Shown here: in pieces, positions 63,392-64,000 of the stretch | Numbering within the stretch: the stretch's first letter is position 1 | Layout of the letters: every line of letters begins with the position of its first letter | Source: Phoronis australis | Lineage: Eukaryota; Animalia; Phoronida | Direction of reading: 5' to 3' | Assembly: GCA_002633005.1 (NCBI GenBank) | Contig: NMRA01000277.1 | Span: 359,363-423,362, forward strand | Length of the DNA stretch: 64,000 bases | The notes under the pieces: model-generated | The model's input: only the letters and a program-made list of their open reading frames with translations | Told to the model about the DNA's origin: nothing | The model's database searches: none | Position numbers and translations under genes: made by a program

Positions 63392-64000
63392 GTATGGTAA
63401 CTCCTAAGTTGAACAAATAGATTCGTTAGAGAAACAGCAGGTGTTGTTAACCATACATGTATGAAGTTGTGTCTACCGGCTTCGTTTAAGTCGAAATGGC
63501 TGAGCCTGTGTTTGGGGAATAGCGTGGCTGAAATTCAATACAACTGGATGTTTGTGTATTTTATGCATCGAAAATAACCCTTCATAAGAAATACTTAAAG
63601 CCACGAATTAGATCTTTCTTGGGAGCCTGATTTATGTTTGGTAATTATTGATAAAGAATGCTTTTAACGTTTTGTCAACCACAACAAAAATCGCGTTTCG
63701 ATAAGCAACGACAATTTAGGTTTCATTTGAGATTTAGTCTTCTTATTCGACTAGCTCTGCCGGGTCACCAGCTTTAAAACTACAGCAAACATCACGAATT
63801 TTTGGCCGACCGGTCGGAAATTGGTCGACGACCGGCCGTCGACCGGTCGTCTAGCCGACCAGCAGCCGACCAACAACGGTCGGCTAGGAGCCGTCTGCTG
63901 AGTCGCCTCTGTGGTCGGCACTTGGGTCGGCTAAATGGTCGCCTAGCGTAGACGACCAATTCGGATTAAGCGTGTCCTTGGTCGGCAATTACCATTTTAT

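Overview
Eukaryotic, intron-rich, AT-rich DNA from an invertebrate animal (probably a marine lophotrochozoan or basal deuterostome; inference). Left to right: (1) the decaying right edge of a ~1.13 kb tandem tRNA-Gly(GCC) array, whose third unit is interrupted by a Harbinger-like MITE and a TTAA-flanked Kolobok derivative (THAP ORF plus a KolX/P2X7-ballast-like pseudogene); (2) a 9-exon alpha-tubulin acetyltransferase gene (ATAT1, +); (3) DNLZ/Hep1 (-) head-to-head with COQ4 (+), both mitochondrial; COQ4 introns hold a double-ended Kolobok copy and a tRNA-like cloverleaf enclosed in ~69 bp inverted repeats; (4) a complement C3 gene (+, 31 exons read, running off the right end) with RKKRR site, 6-Cys anaphylatoxin domain, GCGEQ thioester, catalytic His, Arg-rich alpha/gamma insertion and start of C345C. 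The most unusual signal is a strong excess of TACATGTA in non-coding DNA, with a paired comparison showing TA versus TA-CATG-TA, consistent with Tc1/mariner-type excision footprints. Gene models were built by eye from GT-AG boundaries and reading-frame phase; no database searches were run.
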